Of a stretch of DNA of 64,000 nucleotides, positions 1 through 10,115 are shown one piece after another. Both the position numbers and the translations under genes were made by a program. The notes under the pieces were generated by a model that saw nothing but the letters and a program-made list of their open reading frames with translations, searched no databases and had not been told where the DNA came from. The DNA is taken from assembly GCA_039811685.1 (NCBI GenBank), contig JBDHZC010000007.1, positions 32,001 to 96,000 of the forward strand, given 5' to 3'. Position 1 is the first letter of the stretch. Each line of letters opens with the position of its first letter. The DNA is from Armatimonadota bacterium (GTDB lineage Bacteria > Armatimonadota > UBA5829 > DSUL01).

Positions 1-1
1 T

Positions 2-1021
2 GCGTCCAACCCGGCAGTCTCCGCCGCCAAAGAACGCCAGGCGTTTCTGGCTGGAAAGGCGCTGATCCGGCTCATTGAGAAGAATATCCGGCCGCGCGAC
101 ATCATCACCCGCGAGTCCCTGGAGAACGCTTACACCTTTGTGCTGGCACTTGGAGGCTCCACCAACGCGATCTTGCACCTTATGGCTATCGCGCGTGAGG
201 CGGATGTCGAGTGGACTCTGGACGATTTCGACCGGCTGGGCGACAAAGTGCCCTATCTGGCCGATCTGAAACCCGGTGGACGCTACGTTATGTTTGATGT
301 CCACCGCATTGGCGGCACACCACCAATTCTCAAAGCTCTGCTCGACGAAGGTTATATCAACGGCAACTGCCTGACCGTTACCGGCAAGACTCTGGGCGAA
401 AATCTGGAGTCTGTCCAGAGCGTGTTCAGACACAAGCAGGACGTTGTGAAACACTTCAGCATGCCTATGAGCCCCAAGGGACACCTCGTTATCCTGCGCG
501 GAAACCTGGCGCCGGGAGGCTCCGTCGCGAAGGTGGCGGGACTCAAACAGACCAGCATCACTGGTCCTGCGCGCGTCTATGAAAGCGAAGAGCTTTGCTA
601 CGACGCCATTCAGGACAGGAAGATTCAGGCAGGAGACGTTGTCGTCATCCGCAACGAAGGGCCGGTAGGCGGGCCAGGCATGCGGGAAATGCTGGCTATT
701 ACGGCGGCGCTCGTTGGACAGGGACTCGGTGAGAGCTGTGGACTTATCACGGACGGGCGCTTCTCTGGCGGAACGCACGGACTGGTCGTGGGGCATGTGG
801 CTCCGGAAGCCGCCGTGGGTGGCCCTATCGGGCTGCTGAAGGACGGGGATATGGTCACCATCAACGCGGCCAACAAAGAGCTCTCGGTGGCGCTCAGTGA
901 CGAGGAGCTTGAGAAGCGCCGCAAGGCTCATCAGCCTCACCCTCCGAAGGCGACCAGAGGCGTGCTTGCGAAGTACGCAAAAACCGTCAGCTCGGCGTCC
1001 GAAGGAGCGATAACCGGATAA
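2..1021 (+). CDS. ilvD: Dihydroxy-acid dehydratase (5' partial)
   Basis: Motifs LGGSTNAILHL, GPVGGPGMREML and ITDGRFSGGTHG..VGHVAPEAA. The frame stays open back to the window start. Confidence 0.96.
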   Translation, partial: ASNPAVSAAKERQAFLAGKALIRLIEKNIRPRDIITRESLENAYTFVLALGGSTNAILHLMAIAREADVEWTLDDFDRLGDKVPYLADLKPGGRYVMFDVHRIGGTPPILKALLDEGYINGNCLTVTGKTLGENLESVQSVFRHKQDVVKHFSMPMSPKGHLVILRGNLAPGGSVAKVAGLKQTSITGPARVYESEELCYDAIQDRKIQAGDVVVIRNEGPVGGPGMREMLAITAALVGQGLGESCGLITDGRFSGGTHGLVVGHVAPEAAVGGPIGLLKDGDMVTINAANKELSVALSDEELEKRRKAHQPHPPKATRGVLAKYAKTVSSASEGAITG

Positions 1022-1441
1022 TCCAGGGCGCTGCAGGACTCTGTGCGACTGTTTGGGTGAATCGGGTGAGAGTCTCGCAACAGCGAGATCATTCGCGAGC
1101 GCTCTCGCCCGGACGCGTCGCTTGCTGTTTTTGCGACGGTACACAGCGTTTCACGTCAGTCCGCGTTGCCCGTGGACTGTACAAGGCGCTGGCGACATTC
1201 GCCGCTGAACTGACGGAACAACACGGGCGCGTCGCCTAGTGCACTCTCGCGCTTCAGCGGCTACAATCCTCTCCGCAGAGCTGAACACAGGAATGGACGG
1301 CGCGGGCGCAGAAGGTTGGCCGCAGAGAGCTCAGACGTGGCGGGTGCGCATGGAGGGCGTCACAGGCTTTAGCGGTGAGGGTGGCTGGAGCGCGTTCGCG
1401 GCAGCTCAAGATTTTTTCAGACTCAACTTGGGAGGAACGTA

Positions 1442-2845
1442 ATGGCAACAAAAGTGACTCTTCCCCTTCTTGGCCAGACTATGGAAGAAGGCACGATCAT
1501 CAAATGGTTCAAGAACGAGGGAGACTCTGTTGAGAAGGAAGAGCCCCTTCTTGAAGTGATGACCGACAAGGCCAACATGGAAGTTGAGTCTCCTGCAGCA
1601 GGCACACTGCTGAAGATCGTCGCCGGGCCCGACGCGACCGTCCCTGTCAAGGCTTTGATTGGCGTGATTGGTGACAAGGGCGAGGATATCAGTGGAATTC
1701 TCGCCGAAGCTGGCGCGCCATCCGGTGGTGATGAGCCAGCCGCCGCTAGCAAAACTGACGGACAGAGCAGCGCACAGCCTGCCGTCAAGGCTACACCTTC
1801 CCCCACGACCGGACCTTCGACAGACAGAATCCTTGCCAGCCCGCGAGCGCGCAAACTGGCTGAAGAGAACAACATTGACCTGGCGCTGCTTCAGGGTCAG
1901 GGATCAGGCCCCGGCGGGCGCATCATCGAAAAAGATGTCCAACGCGCCATCAGTGAAGGGCTGGGTGCGGCAGCCGCGGCGGCAGCGGCGAGCCCGCTGG
2001 CCGGGAGGATCGCTCAGGATACAGGTGTTGAGATCGCGGGAGTCACGGGTACTGGCCCTGGCGGAAAGGTTTACTCTCAGGACGTGCTTGCCGCCGCGGC
2101 TTCGGCGACGCCAGCGGCGCAGGCTCCGGCTCCAACTCTGGCTCCACGGGTCAACCTCGGCCAGGTTATCCCGTTCAGTGGACTTCGAAAAGCCGTAGCG
2201 GACAACCTGGAGAAATCAGCCCGCTCGGTCATTCCTGTCACGCTGACGATGGGTGTGGATATGTCCGAAGTAGTCCGGTTGCGGGACCAGATCAAGCCGC
2301 TGTACGCCCAGCGCTATGGTGTCAAGCTGAGCTTCACGGATATTGTTGTCAAAGCGGCTGCACGCGCGCTCGAAGACCATCCCATGCTGAACTCCTCTCT
2401 TGAGGGAAATCAGATTCGCGTACATGACGCAGTGAACGTGTCTATCGCCATTGCCGTACCGGACGGGCTTGTGGCGCCGGTAGTAGCAGACGCAAACCTG
2501 AAGCCACTGTGGGCAATTAGCTCTGAAATCAGACAGATGGCGGAGACCGCCCGGGCCGGGAAATACGGGACGCTGCAGATGGCTGGCGGAACGTTTTCTG
2601 TAACCAACCTGGGCACCTACGGCGTGGAGCAGTTTAACGCGATCATCAATCCGCCGCAGTGCGCAATTCTGGCAGTGTGCGCTATCAAAGAGCAACCGGT
2701 GGTGGTAAGCGGCCAAGTCGAAGTGCGGCCAATAATGAATCTGTGCCTGACCTTCGACCACAGAATAGTGGACGGCGCGCCAGGAGCGGCCTACCTCCAG
2801 CGCCTTAAGGAGCTATTGGAGATGCCCTATCTGATTCTAGCGTAG
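1442..2845 (+). CDS. Dihydrolipoamide acyltransferase (E2 of a pyruvate/acetoin/2-oxoacid dehydrogenase complex)
   Basis: Lipoyl domain (EVMTDKANME), two E3-binding repeats (ASPRARKLA..GSGPGGRI and ASPLAGRIA..GTGPGGKV), catalytic FDHRIVDG, RBS GGAGG. Confidence 0.93.
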   Translation: MATKVTLPLLGQTMEEGTIIKWFKNEGDSVEKEEPLLEVMTDKANMEVESPAAGTLLKIVAGPDATVPVKALIGVIGDKGEDISGILAEAGAPSGGDEPAAASKTDGQSSAQPAVKATPSPTTGPSTDRILASPRARKLAEENNIDLALLQGQGSGPGGRIIEKDVQRAISEGLGAAAAAAAASPLAGRIAQDTGVEIAGVTGTGPGGKVYSQDVLAAAASATPAAQAPAPTLAPRVNLGQVIPFSGLRKAVADNLEKSARSVIPVTLTMGVDMSEVVRLRDQIKPLYAQRYGVKLSFTDIVVKAAARALEDHPMLNSSLEGNQIRVHDAVNVSIAIAVPDGLVAPVVADANLKPLWAISSEIRQMAETARAGKYGTLQMAGGTFSVTNLGTYGVEQFNAIINPPQCAILAVCAIKEQPVVVSGQVEVRPIMNLCLTFDHRIVDGAPGAAYLQRLKELLEMPYLILA

Positions 2846-2874
2846 CCGGAACACATAATCCGGCTGATGTCGAG

Positions 2875-2910
2875 TGCCCCGAAGCCGCCTGGCTTTCGGG
2901 GCATTTTTGT
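2875..2910 (+). terminator. Intrinsic terminator after the E2 gene
   Basis: Hairpin TGCCCCGAAGCC/GGCTTTCGGGGCA followed by TTTTTGT. Confidence 0.75.
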
Positions 2911-3173
2911 TCCGTGTGCCGCAGCGCCGCAAGACTTTTCCCGGTCAGCCCTGTCCCAGGGCAAGGGCCGACCAGAAAACGACGGCCGCCGCGCTGCGAA
3001 CATAGCTGAAGCAATGCGGGCATGCCTTATGTTGGTCAGAACACCGCGTATCCTCAGTGCCTGCTAACCGATAACACGCGCACACAATAGCATTCTCCTA
3101 GGGTCGCACGCTTGTAAACTCGGGTAACATATTCCCAGAATACCGAACGAAAGCATCTAAAGAGGACAAGCGG

Positions 3174-3629
3174 ATGAGCGAAGACTTGGATTGGATCAGG
3201 CGGATGGGGGTAGAAATACGCTGGGCGGATGACACCATGCGCAGGATAATCGGCGACACGTTCTTCGGTGATGCTTTGTGGGTTCCACGCGTTGACATCT
3301 ATGAAACCAAGGATGCGCTGGTCGTCAAAGTATGTGCGGCCGGCGTCTCTCCGGAGAGTATTGATATTTCGCTCTCCGGCGATTCCCGCCAGTTGACGAT
3401 AAGCGGTGTGCGCGGAGAGGACGAGGACGCGCGCAGAGAAGCCCTGCGCTACTATCAGCTCGAGATCTACACTGGCCCCTTTGAACGCACTATCCAACTT
3501 CCCGCCGATATTCGCGTGGATAGAGACGCTGTAAGCGCTGTCGTCAGCAATGGCATCTTCTGCATAACGCTCCCCAAGGCCACTGCAGAGGCAGCCGGAC
3601 CCCGCGCAGTGCCGATCAGCAGCGAATAA
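3174..3629 (+). CDS. Hsp20/alpha-crystallin small heat-shock protein
   Basis: WVPRVDIYET..., LTISGVR, YTGPFERTIQLP, NGIFCITLPK. Confidence 0.93.
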   Translation: MSEDLDWIRRMGVEIRWADDTMRRIIGDTFFGDALWVPRVDIYETKDALVVKVCAAGVSPESIDISLSGDSRQLTISGVRGEDEDARREALRYYQLEIYTGPFERTIQLPADIRVDRDAVSAVVSNGIFCITLPKATAEAAGPRAVPISSE

Positions 3630-3709
3630 CACATGTCCCTGCAAATTAGCGCGCAGCCTGCTACTGGCACGAGCTCAACGATTTCAAGATTCGGATTGCG
3701 AGGAGAGTT

Positions 3710-6208
3710 GTGGCAATCGACAACATAGACAAGAAAACGCAGAAACTTCGGCCCGCCACGAAGAGAACCGGGCAATCTCAGAAAGAAAAAACCGACACAT
3801 CCGCCATCACCATCCCGGACACGCTGAGTCTGCTTCCACTGACTAAGACTGTCGTCTTTCCACTGGTGGTGGCCCCATTGACGATTACCGCCGAGAGCTC
3901 CGTGCAGCTTGTAGACGACGCAGTCGTCACTGGTCAACGGGTGATCGGCCTTGCGCTGGCCCGGAACCCAGATCAGGAGAAGCCCGGCTTTGATGAGCTT
4001 CACAGCATCGGAGTTGCGGCTGTCATCCACACGATGCTCAGGATGCCGGACGGACAGAGAATGATCGTCCAGGGGCTGCAGCGCGTGCGGCTCTTGGACG
4101 TTGTGCAGACGGAGCCTTATCTGCGCGTCCAGATTGAGAAAGTCGCTGATATCGTTGACTACAACACCTCTGATACAGTTGAGGTAGAAGCGCTCAGGCG
4201 CAATCTGGCCGATCTGTTCAAGCGTATTGTGGAGATGTCTCAGAACATCCCTGATGAGCTGCTCCAGATTACTCGCATTGAGCAGCCCGGGCTTCTTGCG
4301 GATACGATCGCTGCCCATCTGCCAGTCTCAGCGGGCGAGCGGCAGTCTATCCTCGAGATCCTTGGAATTCGGGAGCGCATGACCGCTCTGCTGCGAATCC
4401 TGACGCGTGAAGTGGAAGTCCTGGAGCTCGGCAATAAAATCGCCTCAGACGTCTCCAGTGAGATGGGCAAGACGCAGCGCGAGTACTACCTCCGCGAGCA
4501 ACTTAAAGCCATCCAGCGCGAGCTCGGGATGGGCGATAAGCACACAGAAGAGGTGGATGAGCTGCGCAAAGCCGTCGAAGAGGCGCACATGCCGGAGGAA
4601 GCCGCCAAACAGGCGGAGCGTGAGCTTGAACGTCTGTCGCGAATGCCGGCCGCTGCCCCTGAGTATGGTGTCAGCCGCAATTATGTGGACTGGCTGGTGG
4701 CCATGCCCTGGGACAAAGCGACCCGGGACAACCTGGATATCAAAGAGGTGCGCAAAGTCCTGGATTCGGATCACTACGGTCTGGACAAAGTCAAAGACCG
4801 GATACTGGAGTATCTCAGCGTTCGGAAGTTCAAGCCCGAAGGGCATGCGCGCGAGCCAATCCTGTGCCTTTTCGGACCGCCGGGAGTTGGAAAAACGTCC
4901 CTGGGTATGTCCATCGCGCGGTCACTTGGCAAGAAATTTGTGCGAATATCGCTGGGCGGTGTGCACGACGAAGCCGAGCTGCGCGGGCACAGACGCACTT
5001 ACATTGGCGCGCTTCCCGGACAGATTGTACAGGGGATCCGTCGCGCTGGAACCAACAACCCGCTCTTCATGCTGGATGAAGTTGACAAGGTAGGACGCGA
5101 CTTCCGCGGAGATCCTTCCTCGGCGTTGCTGGAGATACTGGACCCGGAGCAGAACTCGACATTCCGGGATCACTATCTGGAAGTGCCCTTCGACCTTTCC
5201 CGCGTTCTGTTTGTGACTACCGCAAACCAGCTTGACACCATTGCTCCACCGCTTCGAGACCGTATGGAGATAATCGAAATTGCGGGCTATACGGAGGAAG
5301 AAAAGATTCAGATCGCGCTGACACATCTGATTCCAAAGCAGATGAAAGAGCATGGTCTGACGAAGAAGCACGTCCGGTGGAACGCACCGGCCATCAAGAA
5401 GATTATCGCAGGTTATACGCGCGAGGCCGGCGTGCGCAATCTGGAGCGCCAGATCGCCAAAGTCTGCCGCAAAATCACCCGCGCCTTTGCGGAAGGTCGC
5501 GAAGAGACTGTGACCGTTAACTCCAGGACTCTGCAGGATTATCTGGGCGCGCCGAGATTTCCAGAGCGAGAACTCGTTGAACGCACAACCGCTCCGGGAA
5601 TAGCGACCGGACTGGCTTACACTCCTGTGGGCGGTGATGTGCTGTTCATCGAGGCGACATTGATGCCGGGGTCAAAGCAGCTGGTCCTGACTGGGCAACT
5701 GGGAGATGTGATGAAGGAATCCGCTCAGGCGGCACTGTCTTACGTGCGCTCGCATGCGCGGGATCTGCGTATCGATCCGGACTTCTTCCGCAACTCAGAC
5801 ATCCACCTTCACGTGCCGGCCGGAGCCATTCCAAAAGACGGCCCGAGTGCGGGTGTCGTGATGACAACAGCTCTGGCCTCTCTGCTGACAGGACGCAAGA
5901 TAAAGCCGCGTGTGGCTATGACCGGAGAGATTACCTTGCGTGGCAAGGTGATGCCCGTTGGCGGAATCAAGGAGAAGGTGCTGGCGGCTCACCGCGCCGG
6001 AGTGAAGATGGTGATTCTGCCGGAACAAAACCGAAAGGACGTGCTGGAGGATGTCCCTGAAGACGTTCAGAAAGACATCGAGTTTGCGTACGTGAAAGAT
6101 ATATCTCAGGCGCTTGGAATTGCGCTTGAGGAGCCTCGCAACGGACACCGTGCGACAGGAAAAAGAACCGCAGTCGAGAACGAGTCTTCGACCCAGGTCA
6201 CGACCTGA
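3710..6208 (+). CDS. lon: ATP-dependent Lon protease
   Basis: N-terminal LON domain, Walker A GPPGVGKTS, RGHRRTYIGA, catalytic PKDGPSAG and KEKVLAAHRAG. Confidence 0.97.
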   Translation: MAIDNIDKKTQKLRPATKRTGQSQKEKTDTSAITIPDTLSLLPLTKTVVFPLVVAPLTITAESSVQLVDDAVVTGQRVIGLALARNPDQEKPGFDELHSIGVAAVIHTMLRMPDGQRMIVQGLQRVRLLDVVQTEPYLRVQIEKVADIVDYNTSDTVEVEALRRNLADLFKRIVEMSQNIPDELLQITRIEQPGLLADTIAAHLPVSAGERQSILEILGIRERMTALLRILTREVEVLELGNKIASDVSSEMGKTQREYYLREQLKAIQRELGMGDKHTEEVDELRKAVEEAHMPEEAAKQAERELERLSRMPAAAPEYGVSRNYVDWLVAMPWDKATRDNLDIKEVRKVLDSDHYGLDKVKDRILEYLSVRKFKPEGHAREPILCLFGPPGVGKTSLGMSIARSLGKKFVRISLGGVHDEAELRGHRRTYIGALPGQIVQGIRRAGTNNPLFMLDEVDKVGRDFRGDPSSALLEILDPEQNSTFRDHYLEVPFDLSRVLFVTTANQLDTIAPPLRDRMEIIEIAGYTEEEKIQIALTHLIPKQMKEHGLTKKHVRWNAPAIKKIIAGYTREAGVRNLERQIAKVCRKITRAFAEGREETVTVNSRTLQDYLGAPRFPERELVERTTAPGIATGLAYTPVGGDVLFIEATLMPGSKQLVLTGQLGDVMKESAQAALSYVRSHARDLRIDPDFFRNSDIHLHVPAGAIPKDGPSAGVVMTTALASLLTGRKIKPRVAMTGEITLRGKVMPVGGIKEKVLAAHRAGVKMVILPEQNRKDVLEDVPEDVQKDIEFAYVKDISQALGIALEEPRNGHRATGKRTAVENESSTQVTT

Positions 6209-6291
6209 TCCACAACAACACTGGAGCGATCACAGTGCGGGGGTCGCGGCGGTAGCTGTGGAAACCTCCGGGATGTGTCAAAATTGAAAAT

Positions 6292-8679
6292 ATGATGGTC
6301 AAAGAGCTGGAGATTCCGGTTGTCGGCCCGGATGAGGACGGGTGCGACAATTGCGCGGCGCGATTCGCCGAAAGCATGCGCTCCCTCGACGGCGTTCAGA
6401 GCGTTGAGAACACCAGCCGCAAGGTCACGTTGCGATTTGACCCTGATCAGATTCCAGTCAGCGAACTTGAGCGCCGTGCTGAAGCCGTGGGACTGGACCT
6501 CCAGCGCCGCTACGGCCATCAGACACTGTCCGTGGACGGGATGGACTGTGCGGACTGCGCGCGCAAGATTGAGACCGCAGTAAAACGCCAGCCAGGAGTG
6601 ATCTCCGCAAACGTCAACTTTGCCGCGTCTCTGCTGGCCATTGAGTACGAAACGGCCTCCGCAGACCTGCCAGCGGTCAGGCGATCGGTAGAGCGGCTCG
6701 GGTACAAAGTGCTGGCGGGGCCTCTGGCGCCAGGCGCCGCACCTCCCGCTCCTGCGCCGCTGCTGCGAAACGCTCGAGCGCTGTTGACTGGCGCTTCCGG
6801 CCTGACTCTTGTTTTGGGTCTGATTGTTGAGTTCGCGCTGCATCAGCCTGCCGCCGCCAGAGCTCTCTACGCGGCTTCCGGCGCAATGGTGGCGTGGTTT
6901 CTGATTCGCGGAGCGTGGGGAGCCCTGCTGGAGCGCACTGTCGAGACAGACCTGCTGATGGCGCTTGCGGCGGCCGGAGCTGTATATCTGGGCGACTGGC
7001 GCGAAGCTGCTGGCGTTCTTTTCCTCTATACGCTTGGTGAGACGCTTGAAAGCTTCACCGTGGCGCGGGCGCGAGGCGCAATACGGCAGCTTGTGCAGAG
7101 TTTTCCGCAGCAAGCGACTGTGCTGCAAGATGGGCTGCCGGTGACTGTCCCCACCGCCGACATTTCACCTGGTGACACCGTGCTGATCCGCCCTGGGGAG
7201 AAGTGTGCCGTTGATGGCCGCGTCATTCATGGAGACTCCGAGATGGATGAGTCTCTTGTCACAGGGGAGTCGGCGCCAAGAGCGAAATCTGCTGGAGATC
7301 GCGTCTATGCCGGCAGCCTCAATGGCAGCGGAGCGCTGGAGGTGGAATGCCAGCGTCCGGTCGCCGACAACACTGTAAATCGCATCATTCACCTGGTGGA
7401 GGAAGCGCAGGGACGCAAAGCGCCCTCACAGCGTCTGAGTGAGCGCTTCGGAGCCGTTTACACGCCGGTCGTTCTCATACTGGCCATTGTCGTAGCGGCA
7501 GCGGGGCCGCTTGCGCTCCATCACCCTTTCAGCGAGAGTTTTCGAAAAGCGCTGATCCTTCTGACTGTATCGTGCCCATGCGCTTTGATTTTGGCTGTCC
7601 CGGTGACGGTTGTCTCTGCGCTGGCGTCCGCTGCTCGAAATGGCGTACTGATAAAAGGCGGCGGCGCTCTGGAGGCGCTCGGGAATATTGAGAGGCTGTT
7701 CTTCGATAAGACTGGCACTCTGACTGTCGGGCGTCTGAGCGTGACCGACATCGAGCCGTCTGCCTCCCTTCTTTCGGAGGAATTGCTGAACCGGGCGGCG
7801 TCCATCGAAACTCGCTCCGAGCACATTATCGGGCAGGCCGTCGTGCGAAAGGCTGAAGAAGCGGGAGTTGCGCTCAGGCCAGTGACGGACTTTCAGAGCT
7901 ACCCTGGCAAAGGCGCTTCCGGGTACATTGACGGACAGCGTTATACAGTGGGCAGTGAAGCGCTGTTGCGGGCACTCGGTGTCCACGGTGGAGCTTTGAC
8001 CAAACGGGCCTCTGAGCTGGCTGGAGAAGGAAAGACCATTCTGTTTCTTGCGTCTGAGACAGAGGCGCTGGGCATTATCGCGCTGCAGGATACGCTGCGA
8101 CCGGAGGCGCCAGGCGTGATCCAGCAAATCAGAGGAATGGGAATTGAGAGTGTCACGCTCCTCACCGGCGATAGACCGGAAGCGGCCAGACGCATTGCTG
8201 AATCCGTAGGAATGACTGCCTGGGAGGCCGGATTGCTGCCGGAGGAGAAGCTGAACCGGGTTGCCGGTACCGACGGCGAAGCGCGGGGATCGGCTATGGT
8301 CGGGGACGGCATCAACGACGCTCCGGCATTGGCGCAGGCGGAAGTCGGCATTGCGATCGGCTCCGCAACCGACGCAAGCGCGGAGACAGCAGACGTGCTG
8401 TTAATGTCCGACGACCTGACTCGCCTCCCCTACAGCCTGCAGCTTGGGCGAAGAGCTACGGCGATGATACGGGCGAATCTGGCGTTTTCGGTTGCAGTGG
8501 TACTAACGCTGGTTGCTCTCACGCTGGCAGGCCGCCTCAGCCTGACGCTGGGAGTTCTGGGGCATGAAGGAAGCTCACTTCTCGTGGTCGCTAACGGCAT
8601 GCGGCTGCTGAAGATGAGGCCGGGTGTTGAATTGCAGCGCCTGCAGCCGCAGAGAGCTCACCAGCATACACACGCATAG
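6292..8679 (+). CDS. Heavy-metal translocating P1B-type ATPase (Zn/Cd-like)
   Basis: Two HMA domains (GCDNC, MDCADC), TGES, SCPC, DKTGTLT, SEH, GDGINDAP, His-rich tail. Confidence 0.93.
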   Translation: MMVKELEIPVVGPDEDGCDNCAARFAESMRSLDGVQSVENTSRKVTLRFDPDQIPVSELERRAEAVGLDLQRRYGHQTLSVDGMDCADCARKIETAVKRQPGVISANVNFAASLLAIEYETASADLPAVRRSVERLGYKVLAGPLAPGAAPPAPAPLLRNARALLTGASGLTLVLGLIVEFALHQPAAARALYAASGAMVAWFLIRGAWGALLERTVETDLLMALAAAGAVYLGDWREAAGVLFLYTLGETLESFTVARARGAIRQLVQSFPQQATVLQDGLPVTVPTADISPGDTVLIRPGEKCAVDGRVIHGDSEMDESLVTGESAPRAKSAGDRVYAGSLNGSGALEVECQRPVADNTVNRIIHLVEEAQGRKAPSQRLSERFGAVYTPVVLILAIVVAAAGPLALHHPFSESFRKALILLTVSCPCALILAVPVTVVSALASAARNGVLIKGGGALEALGNIERLFFDKTGTLTVGRLSVTDIEPSASLLSEELLNRAASIETRSEHIIGQAVVRKAEEAGVALRPVTDFQSYPGKGASGYIDGQRYTVGSEALLRALGVHGGALTKRASELAGEGKTILFLASETEALGIIALQDTLRPEAPGVIQQIRGMGIESVTLLTGDRPEAARRIAESVGMTAWEAGLLPEEKLNRVAGTDGEARGSAMVGDGINDAPALAQAEVGIAIGSATDASAETADVLLMSDDLTRLPYSLQLGRRATAMIRANLAFSVAVVLTLVALTLAGRLSLTLGVLGHEGSSLLVVANGMRLLKMRPGVELQRLQPQRAHQHTHA

Positions 8680-8683
8680 TTGG

Positions 8684-9946
8684 GTGAAAGAGCATTTGGA
8701 ACAGACGCAGACTTCCGTCATTGAAGCAGTACACGCAGAAGTGGACGCGCTCACAGATGATGTGCGCAGTCTGCTGATGGAGATGATCGGCCTTCCAAGC
8801 CTGGCAGGAGAAGAGCTGCCGACGCAGGAACACGTGGCCAGTTGGCTGCGTTCGAAGGACATGCCCTCAGAGCAGCAGTGGCCGGACGCCGGGCTTGAGA
8901 GTGATCCGGACTATGCGCGCTACCCGGATGGCCACACACGCGCGCCCAATGTTCTCACGCACATTCCCTCGGCAAAAAACGGGCGCAGCCTGCTTCTCAA
9001 CAGCCACACTGATGTTGTCCCGGCGCAATCCCCACATTTGTTTTCAGCGGAGTTTGCCGACGGGAGGATATCCGGGCGCGGAGCGTGCGACGCCAAAGGG
9101 CAGGTCTGCACGTGGCTGCTGGCAATGGCGGCTATCAAACAGGCGGGCGTAGCGCTGCGCGGTGAGTGCGTTGGGGCGGCAGTGGTGGAGGAAGAGGTGG
9201 GAGGCAATGGCACACTGTCGCTTATCCGCCAGATTAAACAGCCGTTTGATCTGGCTGTTGTGCTGGAGCCGACCAACTTTGCCGTTCATCCCGCCAACCG
9301 CGGCGCCGTCTGGTTCAAGATAGAGGTTCAGGGTAAGCCCACCCACATGGGGCGCTGGTGGGAAGGTGAAAGCGCTTTTGAAAACTTGGAGAAGATACTT
9401 CTGAGCGTCCGGGAGTGGGACGCGGGGCTTGTGCGTGAGTCTCAGGGGACGCCTCTTTTTCCAGATAATCCGAGCCCCGTCCACGTCAATATCGGAATTG
9501 TGCAGGCAGGCGACTGGCCGGCCAAAGTCCCGGCTTCGGCGGTGGCTGAGGGCGGTGTCAGCTTCTTGCCCAACAAGACGCTGGCAAGTATCAAGGCAGA
9601 GATGAGGCGGGTGGTTGCAGAGGCGGCAAATGTGCACGGCTTACAGGCGTCTGTCAGCTTCGAACGTCTGCAGAACGAAGCGTACGCAACACCGGCGGAC
9701 CATCCAGCAATCCGTCTGTTTGAAGAGACACTCCGGCAACTGCGCAACGAGGCGGAAGTGAGTGGGTTTCTCGCGTCGTGCGACGCCCGCCTTTTGTTCC
9801 ACCGGGGAAAAATACCAACTCTGGTATTCGGACCAGGAGACCTGATGCTGGCTCACTCAGACGTGGAGAGTATCGAGCTTGCGGATATCGTCACAGCAGC
9901 GAAAGCGTTGTCAGCGTTTGTTCTTCAGTGGTGCGGTGTAGCTTGA
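8684..9946 (+). CDS. M20 family metallopeptidase / ArgE-DapE-like deacylase
   Basis: LLLNSHTDVVP, GRGACDAKG, EEEVGG, FGPGD..AH. The GTG start just after the ATPase stop is assumed. Confidence 0.88.
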   Translation: MKEHLEQTQTSVIEAVHAEVDALTDDVRSLLMEMIGLPSLAGEELPTQEHVASWLRSKDMPSEQQWPDAGLESDPDYARYPDGHTRAPNVLTHIPSAKNGRSLLLNSHTDVVPAQSPHLFSAEFADGRISGRGACDAKGQVCTWLLAMAAIKQAGVALRGECVGAAVVEEEVGGNGTLSLIRQIKQPFDLAVVLEPTNFAVHPANRGAVWFKIEVQGKPTHMGRWWEGESAFENLEKILLSVREWDAGLVRESQGTPLFPDNPSPVHVNIGIVQAGDWPAKVPASAVAEGGVSFLPNKTLASIKAEMRRVVAEAANVHGLQASVSFERLQNEAYATPADHPAIRLFEETLRQLRNEAEVSGFLASCDARLLFHRGKIPTLVFGPGDLMLAHSDVESIELADIVTAAKALSAFVLQWCGVA

Positions 9947-10115
9947 GCGCCAGCCCGGCCAATAATGATCCTCACCACCCGCTCGAACGTCAGGCTTCAG
10001 TGAGTGAGTCCTTATGTCTCCAATGACTTCTTGATTCTACAACGTCTAGCGTTCTTGTCAGACACCGTAAAGGCAGGAGACGCGGGCAGCAGTCCCGAAA
10101 TCTGAGAGGACTGCA

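Noticed and set aside
2920..2998. Long imperfect hairpin after the E2 terminator as a REP/MITE element
   Set aside because: I saw no second copy in the window and no target-site duplication.
3080..3115. CIRCE element upstream of hsp20-lon
   Set aside because: TAGCATTC resembles the left arm, but there is no GAGTGCTAA right arm at 9-bp spacing.
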